Part shown: positions 44,446 to 52,633 of the stretch, piece by piece
How the letters are laid out: the number at the start of each line of letters is the position of its first letter
Position numbering within the stretch: the first letter of the stretch is position 1
Source of the DNA: Candidatus Bathyarchaeota archaeon
GTDB lineage: Archaea > Thermoproteota > Bathyarchaeia > TCS64
DNA: 64,000 nucleotides
Direction: 5' to 3'
Assembly: GCA_963820555.1 (NCBI GenBank)
Contig: CAWGAT010000047.1
Location: forward strand, 33,982 to 97,981
The notes under the pieces: generated by a model
The model's input: the letters and a program-made list of their open reading frames with translations, nothing else
Database searches by the model: none
Told to the model about the DNA's origin: nothing
Position numbers and translations under genes: made by a program

Positions 44446-45201
44446 TTGATCCCCTTGGGCTACCGGGAGAGGGCTGTGTTCAGGCCAGTGAGTCTCCTCT
44501 ACTTCATACTGCTTCTATTGGCGCTTGTCGCTGTGGTGCCCATCATCTTCCTGTTGATCGGGGATCTCCTTGTCTCCGCCCTCGGGATACCGGCGCAGTG
44601 GGTTGGCGTCTTCCTCTTCGTGAGCTTGGTCGGTAGTCTCGTCAACATACCAGTCGCGACCTTGGAGAGCAGGGTGCCCGTCGTCGGGGTACGGGAGATC
44701 AGCGTCTTCGGAGTCACATGGCAGGTACCGAGTGTGGGCTTCGGTGTCACGAAGACGCACGTCCTCATTAACATCGGCGGGGCGGTGCTTCCAATGATCG
44801 TATCAGGTTACCTTCTCGGCATGCCGATCATCCACGCCCCTGGCAACCCAGTCGACGAATACATCGCGATAGGGGCGGTGCTCCTAATTGTGACCGTTCT
44901 TGTGAATAGGTCGGCGCAGGTCGTGGAAGGGCTCGGGGTGGCGACGCCCGCCCTAGTCCCACCGCTCGTCACGGCCCTGGCGACTATACTCGTCGACTAC
45001 CTCTCCCCCCTCCACTCGCCGGCGCAGATAGCATACATAGGCGGAACCCTGGGAACCCTCATAGGAGCGGACCTCCTCAATCTCCATAAGATTAGGGACA
45101 TAGGGGCACCAGTCGTCAGCATCGGAGGCGCCGGGACGTTCGACGGCATCTACTTCACGGGGATAGTCTCCGTCCTACTAGTCGCCCTAGCGCTAGGGTA
45201 A
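44446..45201 (+). CDS. DUF1614 membrane protein
   Basis: GSLVNIP, NIGGA, GTLGTLIGADLL, SIGGAGTFDGI. Confidence 0.88.
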   Translation: MIPLGYRERAVFRPVSLLYFILLLLALVAVVPIIFLLIGDLLVSALGIPAQWVGVFLFVSLVGSLVNIPVATLESRVPVVGVREISVFGVTWQVPSVGFGVTKTHVLINIGGAVLPMIVSGYLLGMPIIHAPGNPVDEYIAIGAVLLIVTVLVNRSAQVVEGLGVATPALVPPLVTALATILVDYLSPLHSPAQIAYIGGTLGTLIGADLLNLHKIRDIGAPVVSIGGAGTFDGIYFTGIVSVLLVALALG

Positions 45202-45421
45202 TCCTCATCTAACGTACAAGAGGGTTATTTAAGGAATTGATTCCTTTTGTAGAGATTCATGAGGTAAATTCATCAACAGAGAGATGCTCTGATTCCACTG
45301 CATCAGACGCAATTAATCAGCATATCCAGGCCTTAGCCCGTTATTAGCTGATAAAGCGCATTAATGGCCGTTATAAGCGGTTAAAAAATCTCTAATTGAT
45401 AGCTGGGTACAATGGAACGCG

Positions 45422-45427
45422 CTTATA
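45422..45427 (+). promoter_or_regulatory. TATA-like box for the ncRNA candidate
   Basis: CTTATA about 22-27 nt upstream of the first paired base of the folded element. Confidence 0.45.
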
Positions 45428-45448
45428 CCTTAGCGGTAGTGATTGCTT

Positions 45449-45649
45449 TGCCCAGGTGGGAGCGGACGAAGGGTCGAAGCGGTGGAAGACCCCCAAAGCC
45501 GCAGAGCCGTGAGGAGTGGGCTGCGAAGGACCAGGCGGGCTTTGGCTAGCCGGGAAACCTGCTCTCCTCAGCTGATCAAGCGTGCACGCGTGACGTACCC
45601 GGGACGGGTAAAACCACGCGAGGTCGGCTCCGGTAATCTCGCTTGGGCA
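45449..45649 (+). ncRNA. Unassigned structured RNA candidate, about 200 nt
   Basis: GC-rich block in AT-rich DNA; 13-bp closing stem with 3 G-U pairs, H-type pseudoknot, nested stems, purine-rich loops. Confidence 0.7.
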
Positions 45650-45927
45650 CCTCTATTCTTCGATAATTACCTACATTATGAATCAGCAATGTTCTCATTA
45701 GTCTTATCCTCAGTTTCACCTGATAGTCGTGTCATCATGTTTCTTGGAGTAGATTGAAGTCTTTCCTTATCTTTGAACCAGTTCCATAACCATAAAGAAA
45801 TTTTTGCATAAGCCTCATCCTATGTGCAATAATTTTGTCCTACATTCCTCAAGCTTAAAGAAAATAGGATTTTAACAGCAAGATTCAGACTCAATACTTA
45901 AATCCACACAGCTTCCTGAGGCAGACA

Positions 45928-46365
45928 ATGGTAAAAATAGGAATTGTAAGATGCACAAGAGACTTCGAGTGCTCAGGATGCAACTGCTTCTACGCCATAA
46001 AGGAACACGATGGCGCATTCAAGGACTACAATGAACCAATCGAAATCGTGGGAATTACACCGTGTTCAGTATGCAAGGGAGGAGAGATCAACGATGAACT
46101 TGTCAATCTTAAGCGATACGGCGCTGATGTAATTCATCTATCCTCGTGTCACCTCGCTGTTTATCCACCGTGTCCATTCATCGCGGAGCATAAGAAGCAC
46201 ATTGAGGAGCTTCTGGGGCTTCCGGTTGTTGTTGGTACTCACCCGATGCCTACTAGTTATGTTGAGAAGCATACGCGGCTCGGAGACTGGAGGGGGTGCG
46301 AAGGGTTTCTCTCGAAGATAATCGGCGATGTTAAGGCTTCGTTGAAGTATGAGTCAAAGAGGTGA
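45928..46365 (+). CDS. CGGC-domain protein
   Basis: KIGIVRC…C.GC.CF…G.F…C..C…IHLSSC…CP…VVVGTH. Confidence 0.85.
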   Translation: MVKIGIVRCTRDFECSGCNCFYAIKEHDGAFKDYNEPIEIVGITPCSVCKGGEINDELVNLKRYGADVIHLSSCHLAVYPPCPFIAEHKKHIEELLGLPVVVGTHPMPTSYVEKHTRLGDWRGCEGFLSKIIGDVKASLKYESKR

Positions 46366-46554
46366 GTGTAATCTTAGTTGCCGACCCACTGTAGGAACAA
46401 CTGCACTAATTATGTTGTGTACGAGTAACTCAATAGCCCAACCTCAGTTCGACCGTGATGGCATGGTTGATCTACAGACCGTTGATGTTTTAATGCGCAC
46501 GCGGCTCAGTGAATTGGAGCCGGCAGCAGTCGGCGGCTCTGTGAGGAGAAACGA

Positions 46555-47541
46555 ATGAAGGTCATCGACGTCCACAACCACGTGAACCCGCGTCCATTCC
46601 TGGAGGCAATGCGAGCCAGTCATGATTGGTACGGGTTCACCGCCGAGCACGGCGAGCTTGAGAACCCCCGGAACCACTGGACCCTAGAAGAGCGGATTGC
46701 CGACATGGACCGGCTCGGGGTGGGAATGCAGGCGCTCACCGTCTACGGCGGCTTCAACAAATACGACCGCGACCCAGAGCTCACCAAGGCAGTGGTCAGG
46801 GCCTGCAACGACGAGGTGGCGGCCATGGTCTATGAGCACCCCGATCGGTTCGTGGGCCTGGGCATTCTTCCCATGCAGGACGTGGCGGCATCGGTAGTTG
46901 AGCTCGAGCGGGCGGTCGCCGATCTCGGGCTGAAGGGCGTCACCATCAAGGACCACATCAACGGGAACACCCTAGACGAACCGCAGTTCCTCCCATTCTG
47001 GGAGGCCGCTGAGCGGCTGGGAGCCGTCGTTGAGTTCCACCAGGGCAGCACGATCGTGACGCAGCGGATCCCTCGCTACTTCCTTGAGAACACCGTGGGC
47101 AACCTGGTGGAGCGGGTCCTCACCTTTGGGGCTCTGGTGCAGGGCGGGATCATCGATCGCTTCCCCAAGCTGAAGGTTTGTCTGTTGCACGGGGGCGGCT
47201 ACGTGGCTTTCGGGGTTGCCCGAATGGACAAGGGCTGGGAGGCGGTGAAGCTGGGCTATATGGCCGAGTACTCGGCCGGTGAGGATGCCCGCCAGTCGAT
47301 CTCCAAGCCTCCGAGCCAGTACGTGGGGAGCTTCTATTACGACTGTGCCACCTTCAGCGAACCGACTCTGCGGTTCCTGATAGACACTGTGGGGATCGAT
47401 AGGGTCGTATTCGGGACCGACTACCCATGCCCTATGGAGATGGTGGACTCGGTTAACTGGATCAACAGCCTGGGGAGCCTGACCTACTCGGAGAAGCAGG
47501 CGATTTTGTCGGTGAACCCGGCCCGGATGCTCGGTATCTGA
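46555..47541 (+). CDS. Amidohydrolase_2 family (ACMSD-like decarboxylase)
   Basis: IDVHNH, CNDE, HGGG, FYYD, FGTDYP, NPAR. Confidence 0.88.
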   Translation: MKVIDVHNHVNPRPFLEAMRASHDWYGFTAEHGELENPRNHWTLEERIADMDRLGVGMQALTVYGGFNKYDRDPELTKAVVRACNDEVAAMVYEHPDRFVGLGILPMQDVAASVVELERAVADLGLKGVTIKDHINGNTLDEPQFLPFWEAAERLGAVVEFHQGSTIVTQRIPRYFLENTVGNLVERVLTFGALVQGGIIDRFPKLKVCLLHGGGYVAFGVARMDKGWEAVKLGYMAEYSAGEDARQSISKPPSQYVGSFYYDCATFSEPTLRFLIDTVGIDRVVFGTDYPCPMEMVDSVNWINSLGSLTYSEKQAILSVNPARMLGI

Positions 47542-47767
47542 CCCGTTGGCTATCTCACCGTGTGGCTTCCATAGCCTTATCCTCACTTCCACCCGATACT
47601 CAACCGTGTTCATGCGCAGATACTCTAAATATAATGAATATTTCTTTGGTATTCAACCGTAAATTGAATAGTTGACCACCTAATCCTTCAATCGTACGCG
47701 AGATTCAGCTAGGGCTCTTCACATGACGTGAGGATTTTTTTATTAGAAACCGACATTCAATAACATT

Positions 47768-48109
47768 ATGGCGAACCTCATCCAGGCGATAATCGTTATA
47801 CTCGCGGGAATCGCAGTGGCTATCGCGGATGGCATCATTAAAAAGACAGCCATCGGCGTTTCCTTCCCCGATGCGCTAAAGAACCCTCTCATGATAGGCG
47901 TGGTGTTCCTGTATCTTGTGCAGATTGCGTTTTTCACCTATGTCTTCGTGAATGATTGGCAGTTGGGGGTTGTCGGTGTTTTACAGATGGTGGCTTACTC
48001 CACATTTGTGATAATTACGGGCGTCTTCATCTTCAAGGAGAGCTTTACTGTGACTCAGTACCTAGGTTTTATTTTAGCGATTAGTGGTGCTGTTCTGATC
48101 AATTTATGA
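47768..48109 (+). CDS. Small 4-TM DMT/EamA-like membrane protein
   Basis: Four hydrophobic helices, F.E…Q.LG..L. Confidence 0.75.
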   Translation: MANLIQAIIVILAGIAVAIADGIIKKTAIGVSFPDALKNPLMIGVVFLYLVQIAFFTYVFVNDWQLGVVGVLQMVAYSTFVIITGVFIFKESFTVTQYLGFILAISGAVLINL

Positions 48110-48297
48110 ATTTTTGTTTCGAATGTGCTTAATAAACACATCCTCAGCTCCACCTGATTGCGTCGCCAAAATAAACCAGGAAAAAAGGGGAAGGCCTATC
48201 GTTTGTAGTATACGACCGGGCGCACATCTCTACACAAAGGAGGTAAAAGTTTAATCATCAGATTACGCGAGTAGCTCTATCAGCAATTTATCCGAAG

Positions 48298-48540
48298 ATG
48301 AATCACATGAGTGAATCAAAAAAAGTTGGACCAGAACTCATTGTATCTATCCTCAGGGAAGCGAAAAAACCCCTAACTACAAGACAACTACAACAAGAGG
48401 TTCAGAAATTAGTTCCATTCTGTCTATCTGATAATGTAATTGCATTGAATCTGATGAGAGTCAGAGGAACGATTAAAGGAAAACTCACCGAGAATAGATC
48501 TTGGATCTGGTGGATCGAAGACAAGGAAGAAAGCAAATGA
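48298..48540 (+). CDS. Small winged-helix-like protein
   Basis: ILREAKKPLTTRQL…LNLMR..G.IKG…WIWW. Confidence 0.65.
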   Translation: MNHMSESKKVGPELIVSILREAKKPLTTRQLQQEVQKLVPFCLSDNVIALNLMRVRGTIKGKLTENRSWIWWIEDKEESK

Positions 48541-48655
48541 AAACAATTGTCTATGCATGCATATGCGTATCAAGAGATTACAATAAAGCGCGCGCGGAGC
48601 ACCCTGAACTGAAGACTTAGCCCTCAATAGCATCATTCTTCCTTCCACCGGCTAT

Positions 48656-48701
48656 TCGAAAAATCTTACCACAAATTTACTTTGGCATAAGCCTCATCTA
48701 A
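48656..48701 (+). repeat. 46-bp direct repeat, copy 1
   Basis: TCGAAAAATCTTACCACAAATTTACTTTGGCATAAGCCTCATCTAA; 44/46 identical to 49927-49972. Confidence 0.92.
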
Positions 48702-49005
48702 CGCACGCTGGACCCGCTGAACCGCCGCCCTTGACCCTCCATCTGATGCCTTCAATACTTGGTGCCTTCAGCTGAGTAGGTGCTTGGGCTGGTCTGGTTG
48801 AGGCATTCATTCTGAGGATGGTTCGTGCTTCGAGTAGACACCTCTCGCTCTCCTCTATGATGCTGAGCAGCTTCTCGACTTGGCTCTGACTCAATGTGAC
48901 CGTGACACTCAACGCTGCGACCTCAGCCTTTGGCGGCTCGCTCAGCTTCTTAAAACCTAGGCACATCAATGCAGGAGGCAGTCGAATGAATATTGATGCG
49001 CACAC
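48694..49005 (-). pseudogene. Hypothetical protein ending inside the att-like site (probably truncated)
   Basis: Its stop codon lies in the CCTCAT core. Confidence 0.45.
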
Positions 49006-49072
49006 GCATCGTACAGGGATAGAGCTACGGCTAGCTGATGATTCCCCTACCTCCTCCAGTTCCTTCCTTCAC

Positions 49073-49855
49073 TTATCCGTAGAATCCAGCGGTCAATCCA
49101 CCATCGACGAAGAGAATGTGACCATTGACATATCTTGAGTCGTCGGATGCGAGGAAGAGCGCCCCCAGGGCTATGTCTTCTGGTTTAGCAAACCGCCCCA
49201 TCGGTATCTTCTTGAGAAGGAAGTTCTTCGATTCTTCCGGGTTTGGAGTACTCTCGATCGATGCCGTCCACTGAGGTGTTATCGTCTCCCCCGGGACCAG
49301 TCCGTTGACCCTGATGTTGTCTTTGGCATATTCGAGGCACATCGACCTCGTCAATTCCCGCACGGCCCCTTTCGATGCACCGTACGCTTGACTCCCCACA
49401 TAGTTCATGTAGGCGTTCGTGGTGATGGTGTTTATTATCGATCCACCACCCTTTTCAATCATAATCGGGACCACTTCCTTCGATACGAGAAACACCCCGC
49501 GCAGGTTCAGGTTGATGAGCCTGTCCCACTCCTCCTCGGAATCGTTAACGACCGTATCCTTGTTTTCCCTCTGCCATCCTCCCACATTGTTGTGCAGTAT
49601 ATCGATTCCATTGTAGCGATCACGTACTTGACTGACCATGGCTTTCACCTCCGACCACTTTGTCACGTTCGCCTTGTAGAACGTGGCTTCTCCCTTGGCT
49701 TCTTGAATCAGCCGTACAGTTTCGTGACCCCCCTCTCCGCTGATGTCGTTTACTGCGACTTGGGCGCCCTCCGCTGCGAATAGGATGGCCGTGGCCCTGC
49801 CAATACCCGAACCCGCTCCCGTGATCAGTGCGGTTTTTCCATGTAGTCTGTTCAT
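49073..49855 (-). CDS. SDR-family oxidoreductase
   Basis: TGAGSGIG, NNVG, YGASK, VDGG. Confidence 0.9.
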   Translation of the reverse strand: MNRLHGKTALITGAGSGIGRATAILFAAEGAQVAVNDISGEGGHETVRLIQEAKGEATFYKANVTKWSEVKAMVSQVRDRYNGIDILHNNVGGWQRENKDTVVNDSEEEWDRLINLNLRGVFLVSKEVVPIMIEKGGGSIINTITTNAYMNYVGSQAYGASKGAVRELTRSMCLEYAKDNIRVNGLVPGETITPQWTASIESTPNPEESKNFLLKKIPMGRFAKPEDIALGALFLASDDSRYVNGHILFVDGGLTAGFYG

Positions 49856-49926
49856 ACCACTTTCTTCTTTCGCAGCAACGGTTAATATGTGTAGGGAATT
49901 ACGCAAGCCTCTGCTCCATCTGATAC

Positions 49927-49972
49927 TCGAAAAATCTTACCACAAAGTTGCTTTGGCATAAGCCTCATCTAA
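49927..49972 (+). repeat. 46-bp direct repeat, copy 2
   Basis: TCGAAAAATCTTACCACAAAGTTGCTTTGGCATAAGCCTCATCTAA. Confidence 0.92.
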
Positions 49973-49994
49973 GCGACGCGTGCATTCTTCGTGT

Positions 49995-50426
49995 ATGCAG
50001 CACGTTTACTTCGAGGTGAAGGGGGACCCTGTGCCGAAGGCGCGCGCCCGCACGGTGAGGAAAGGCGGGAGGACTTGGAGCTTCACCCCGAAGAAGGTCG
50101 CGGTCTGGGAGAAGACTGTGAAGGAGGAGGCGGTGAAACACTTCGAGCAGCCCTTAGTCGGTCCGATTCAGGTATCCATGATATTCTACATGGACCGCCC
50201 AAAGTCCCGGCGAAAGGATGTCTGGGTCCCCACTACACCTGATCTTGACAACCTTGAAAAGGCAGTCCTCGACGCCCTCAACGGGGTCGCCTATGAGGAC
50301 GACCGCTTTGTTGTGGCGAAAAACGCGCAGAAGAAGTACATCCGACGGGATGAGCCCAAGGTTTGCGTCAGGGTTACGAGCTTGAGTAATCAGGTTTCAA
50401 TTGATGGATTCTCTAAACCCGAGTAG
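49995..50426 (+). CDS. rusA: RusA-family Holliday junction resolvase
   Basis: G.PVPKARAR, PDLDNL.KAVLDALNG..Y.DD. Confidence 0.9.
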   Translation: MQHVYFEVKGDPVPKARARTVRKGGRTWSFTPKKVAVWEKTVKEEAVKHFEQPLVGPIQVSMIFYMDRPKSRRKDVWVPTTPDLDNLEKAVLDALNGVAYEDDRFVVAKNAQKKYIRRDEPKVCVRVTSLSNQVSIDGFSKPE

Positions 50427-50469
50427 GCTCCGATAAGGTTTTACAGCGCGTCTAGACATGTGTAGCAGG

Positions 50470-50556
50470 GCCGGGGTAGCCAAGCGGACCACGGCGCCAG
50501 TCTTGAAAACTGGTGCTCTTACGAGCCCATGGGTTCGAATCCCATCCCCGGCGCCA
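50470..50556 (+). tRNA. tRNA-Ser (UGA), long variable arm, encoded CCA
   Basis: GCCGGGG/CCCCGGC acceptor stem, CCAGT-CTTGAAA-ACTGG anticodon arm, GTTCGAATC T-loop. Confidence 0.96.
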
Positions 50557-50627
50557 AATCAATAATCGAGACCCTTCACATGGAATTAGTCGATGTGGAG
50601 AGTCACAATACAAAACGCGGTTGTAAC

Positions 50628-51818
50628 CTACTTGAGGTAGGCCGCCATCAGCTTCATTATCTTCCCCGGCGACCTAGCACAGATCTTCGCGACCGTCCTC
50701 TTCGTGTTCTGCCCGTTGGCGAGAGAGAGTATCTCGTCGTTCGTTATGATTGTTGAGAGGGTGTTCAGGTCGTCGTCGCTGAACTTGTCGAGCATCTCGA
50801 CTATCCTGCGGCTGTCCTTTATCCTTTTTCCCCAGTACTTCTCGAATTTCACCCTATACTGGTTTAGTCTCTTCGCCGAGGTGTCCTCTCCTACTATCGC
50901 GTCGACGGCTTCCTTTCCCGCCATCTTGCCCGCCTCGATGCCACTGTGGATGCCCGCCCCCGTCATGGGCACGAGCTGCCCAGCCGCATCACCGACGAGC
51001 ATCAGATTATCATCCACGATTTTCTCGAGCATTCCCGAGACGGGTGTCACCCCGCCGTTCCTGCGGAGCGCCTTCGCACCCTTGAATCGGGGGTCGGCGT
51101 CCATGAACCTCCTGAGGTAGTTGATGGCCGGTTCTGTGTGGATGTTCCGAACACCCAGTCCGACGTTGGCTACCCCCTCGTTCTTTGGGAAGACCCAGGC
51201 GTAGCCCCCCGGCGCGTACTTGAACCCGACGTAGAACTCGTTCGTGGAAGGATCATCGAGGTGTAGCCCACCAAGCTGGTATTGCGCACACGTGACGACG
51301 TCGGGGTACCACCTCTCCATGCCAGCTGATCTGCGAACTATCGACCAGTAGCCGTCCGCGCCTATCGTGACCTTCGCCTTCACCTTCACTTGCTCGCCGC
51401 TCTGCTCGGCCATCACCCCGGCAACCTTGCCGTTCTCTCTGAAGACGCCCGTCGCCTTCGTATCAGTCATCAACTCGGCCCCCGCCTTCACCGCCAGGTC
51501 CCCGATGGCCTTATCGAAGAACTGCCTGTTCAGTGTGTAGCCCACCCAGTTATCGCTCGTGAGATCAATGTGGTTCCCATTGGGGGCGAAGACTCTCGCG
51601 CGTGTAATCTTCTGCGCCACTAGTGGGGCGACTGGTTCGAGCCCTGCGTCCTTGATGCCGTTGAGGCTGAGCCCCTCGGCGCAGAAAACCGGAGAACCAA
51701 TCACCGGGTGTTCCTCTAGGAGAACGACGCGCGCGCCGGCAGCCGCCGCGGCTCTGGCAGCTGACGAGCCGGCGGGCCCACCGCCCACCACGACTACATC
51801 GCAATCTATAAGCCGCAT
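50628..51818 (-). CDS. Digeranylgeranylglycerophospholipid reductase
   Basis: GGGPAG, CAEG, GADG, PGGYAWVFPK, GDAAG…GAGI. Confidence 0.9.
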   Translation of the reverse strand: MRLIDCDVVVVGGGPAGSSAARAAAAAGARVVLLEEHPVIGSPVFCAEGLSLNGIKDAGLEPVAPLVAQKITRARVFAPNGNHIDLTSDNWVGYTLNRQFFDKAIGDLAVKAGAELMTDTKATGVFRENGKVAGVMAEQSGEQVKVKAKVTIGADGYWSIVRRSAGMERWYPDVVTCAQYQLGGLHLDDPSTNEFYVGFKYAPGGYAWVFPKNEGVANVGLGVRNIHTEPAINYLRRFMDADPRFKGAKALRRNGGVTPVSGMLEKIVDDNLMLVGDAAGQLVPMTGAGIHSGIEAGKMAGKEAVDAIVGEDTSAKRLNQYRVKFEKYWGKRIKDSRRIVEMLDKFSDDDLNTLSTIITNDEILSLANGQNTKRTVAKICARSPGKIMKLMAAYLK

Positions 51819-51857
51819 AGTAATCAAATAGTCGCCCGCGGCTTTCGTATATTAAGG

Positions 51858-52076
51858 CTACCTCTCAAGGACCTTCTGAGCAGCTATCTCAATGTCCTTC
51901 GCTTTCACAGTCTTTCTGCCCGCGTGCTTCGCGTAGTCGAGGGCCTCTTTCGCCACCTTGACCCCGATCTCCTCGAGGGCTTTCCCCAACGCTACAGCGC
52001 TCTCCTCGCTTACCCGGTCCGCACCGGCACGCTTGATCAGCTTGTGCATTGGAGCAACCTTAATCTCATCAGTCAA
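51858..52076 (-). CDS. Archaeal histone
   Basis: AP..KLIK.AGA.RVS…HAGRKTV.A.DI. Confidence 0.95.
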   Translation of the reverse strand: MTDEIKVAPMHKLIKRAGADRVSEESAVALGKALEEIGVKVAKEALDYAKHAGRKTVKAKDIEIAAQKVLER

Positions 52077-52354
52077 GTGAAATCCACCTTAATATAACTC
52101 AGCTTTCCCTAAATATTTAATACTTTTCCCTTTTTCCAGCAAATGAACCCGAAAATGGGGTTATACTCGTTTTAAGGGTGATTAACAGCCCCTTCAAATG
52201 AGTTATACTGGGGCCGAGATGGATGACATATTGGGTACGCGTGAGGAGGCGCACCCCTCTACGCCCGCCGGCCATGAACGAGCATCTAAGATAAACGTTT
52301 AAATGAGTGCCCAAGCCTCATACAGCATCGACAAACCATCCCGGTGGAATGTAA

Positions 52355-52585
52355 GTGGGTAAAGTCAGGACAGAGATGGTCAAGAGATTAGCAATCGAGC
52401 TCATCGGTAAGTATCCGAAGAGCTTCAACATAGAATTTGACCACAACAAAAAGTTCCTCACGGAACTCAACATCGGCGTCTCCAAGAAGATGAGAAACAA
52501 GGTCGCCGGTTACGCTACCCGGGTCGTGAAGTCCGACCTCATGGCCGTAGAGGTCGAGGGCGAAGTAGAGCCCGACAACATCTAG
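52355..52585 (+). CDS. rps17e: 30S ribosomal protein S17e
   Basis: MGKVRT..VKR…FDHNK…SKKMRNKVAGY.T. Confidence 0.95.
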   Translation: MGKVRTEMVKRLAIELIGKYPKSFNIEFDHNKKFLTELNIGVSKKMRNKVAGYATRVVKSDLMAVEVEGEVEPDNI

Positions 52586-52633
52586 GGCCACCAAAGCCTA
52601 ATACCTCGCGAACAGATTTTCTCGTCGAGGCCC

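Larger units (their letters stand above)
45706..49929 (+). repeat. Six dispersed copies of a 24-bp motif, consensus ATCCTCAGYTCCACCTGATACTCG
   Basis: Copies start at 45706, 46440 (weak), 47579, 48140, 48635 and 49906; all intergenic and in the same orientation. Confidence 0.72.
45203..49972. mobile_element. Accessory island with no integrase, bounded by CCTCATCTAA direct repeats and with internal att-like junctions
   Basis: CCTCATCTAA at 45203-45212, 48692-48701 and 49963-49972; CCTCATC at 45813-45819; heterogeneous cargo. Confidence 0.75.

Noticed and set aside
45449..45649. RNase P RNA, SRP RNA, group II intron or common riboswitch
   Set aside because: Lacks GAGGAAAGTCC and AACAGAA (RNase P), the SRP helix 8 motif, a compact group II domain V and riboswitch consensus segments
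45443..45757. 104-aa ORF over the structured element
   Set aside because: TTG start, no recognisable motif and it spans a GC/AT boundary; base pairing explains the sequence better
45207..48702. ATCTAAC / GTTAGAT matches the integron RYYYAAC / GTTRRRY core
   Set aside because: No partner core site or attC-type hairpin within about 140 bp on either strand, and no IntI gene, so not a canonical integron
48733..48748. CTCCATCTGAT resembling the 24-bp motif
   Set aside because: Lies inside an ORF and lacks the CCTCA left half; treated as chance
45706..49972. CRISPR array
   Set aside because: Repeats are 0.5-1.3 kb apart with genes between them; no cas genes in the window
52210..52275. Hairpin between histone and rps17e, possible guide sRNA
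   Set aside because: No convincing C/D box pair or ACA tail
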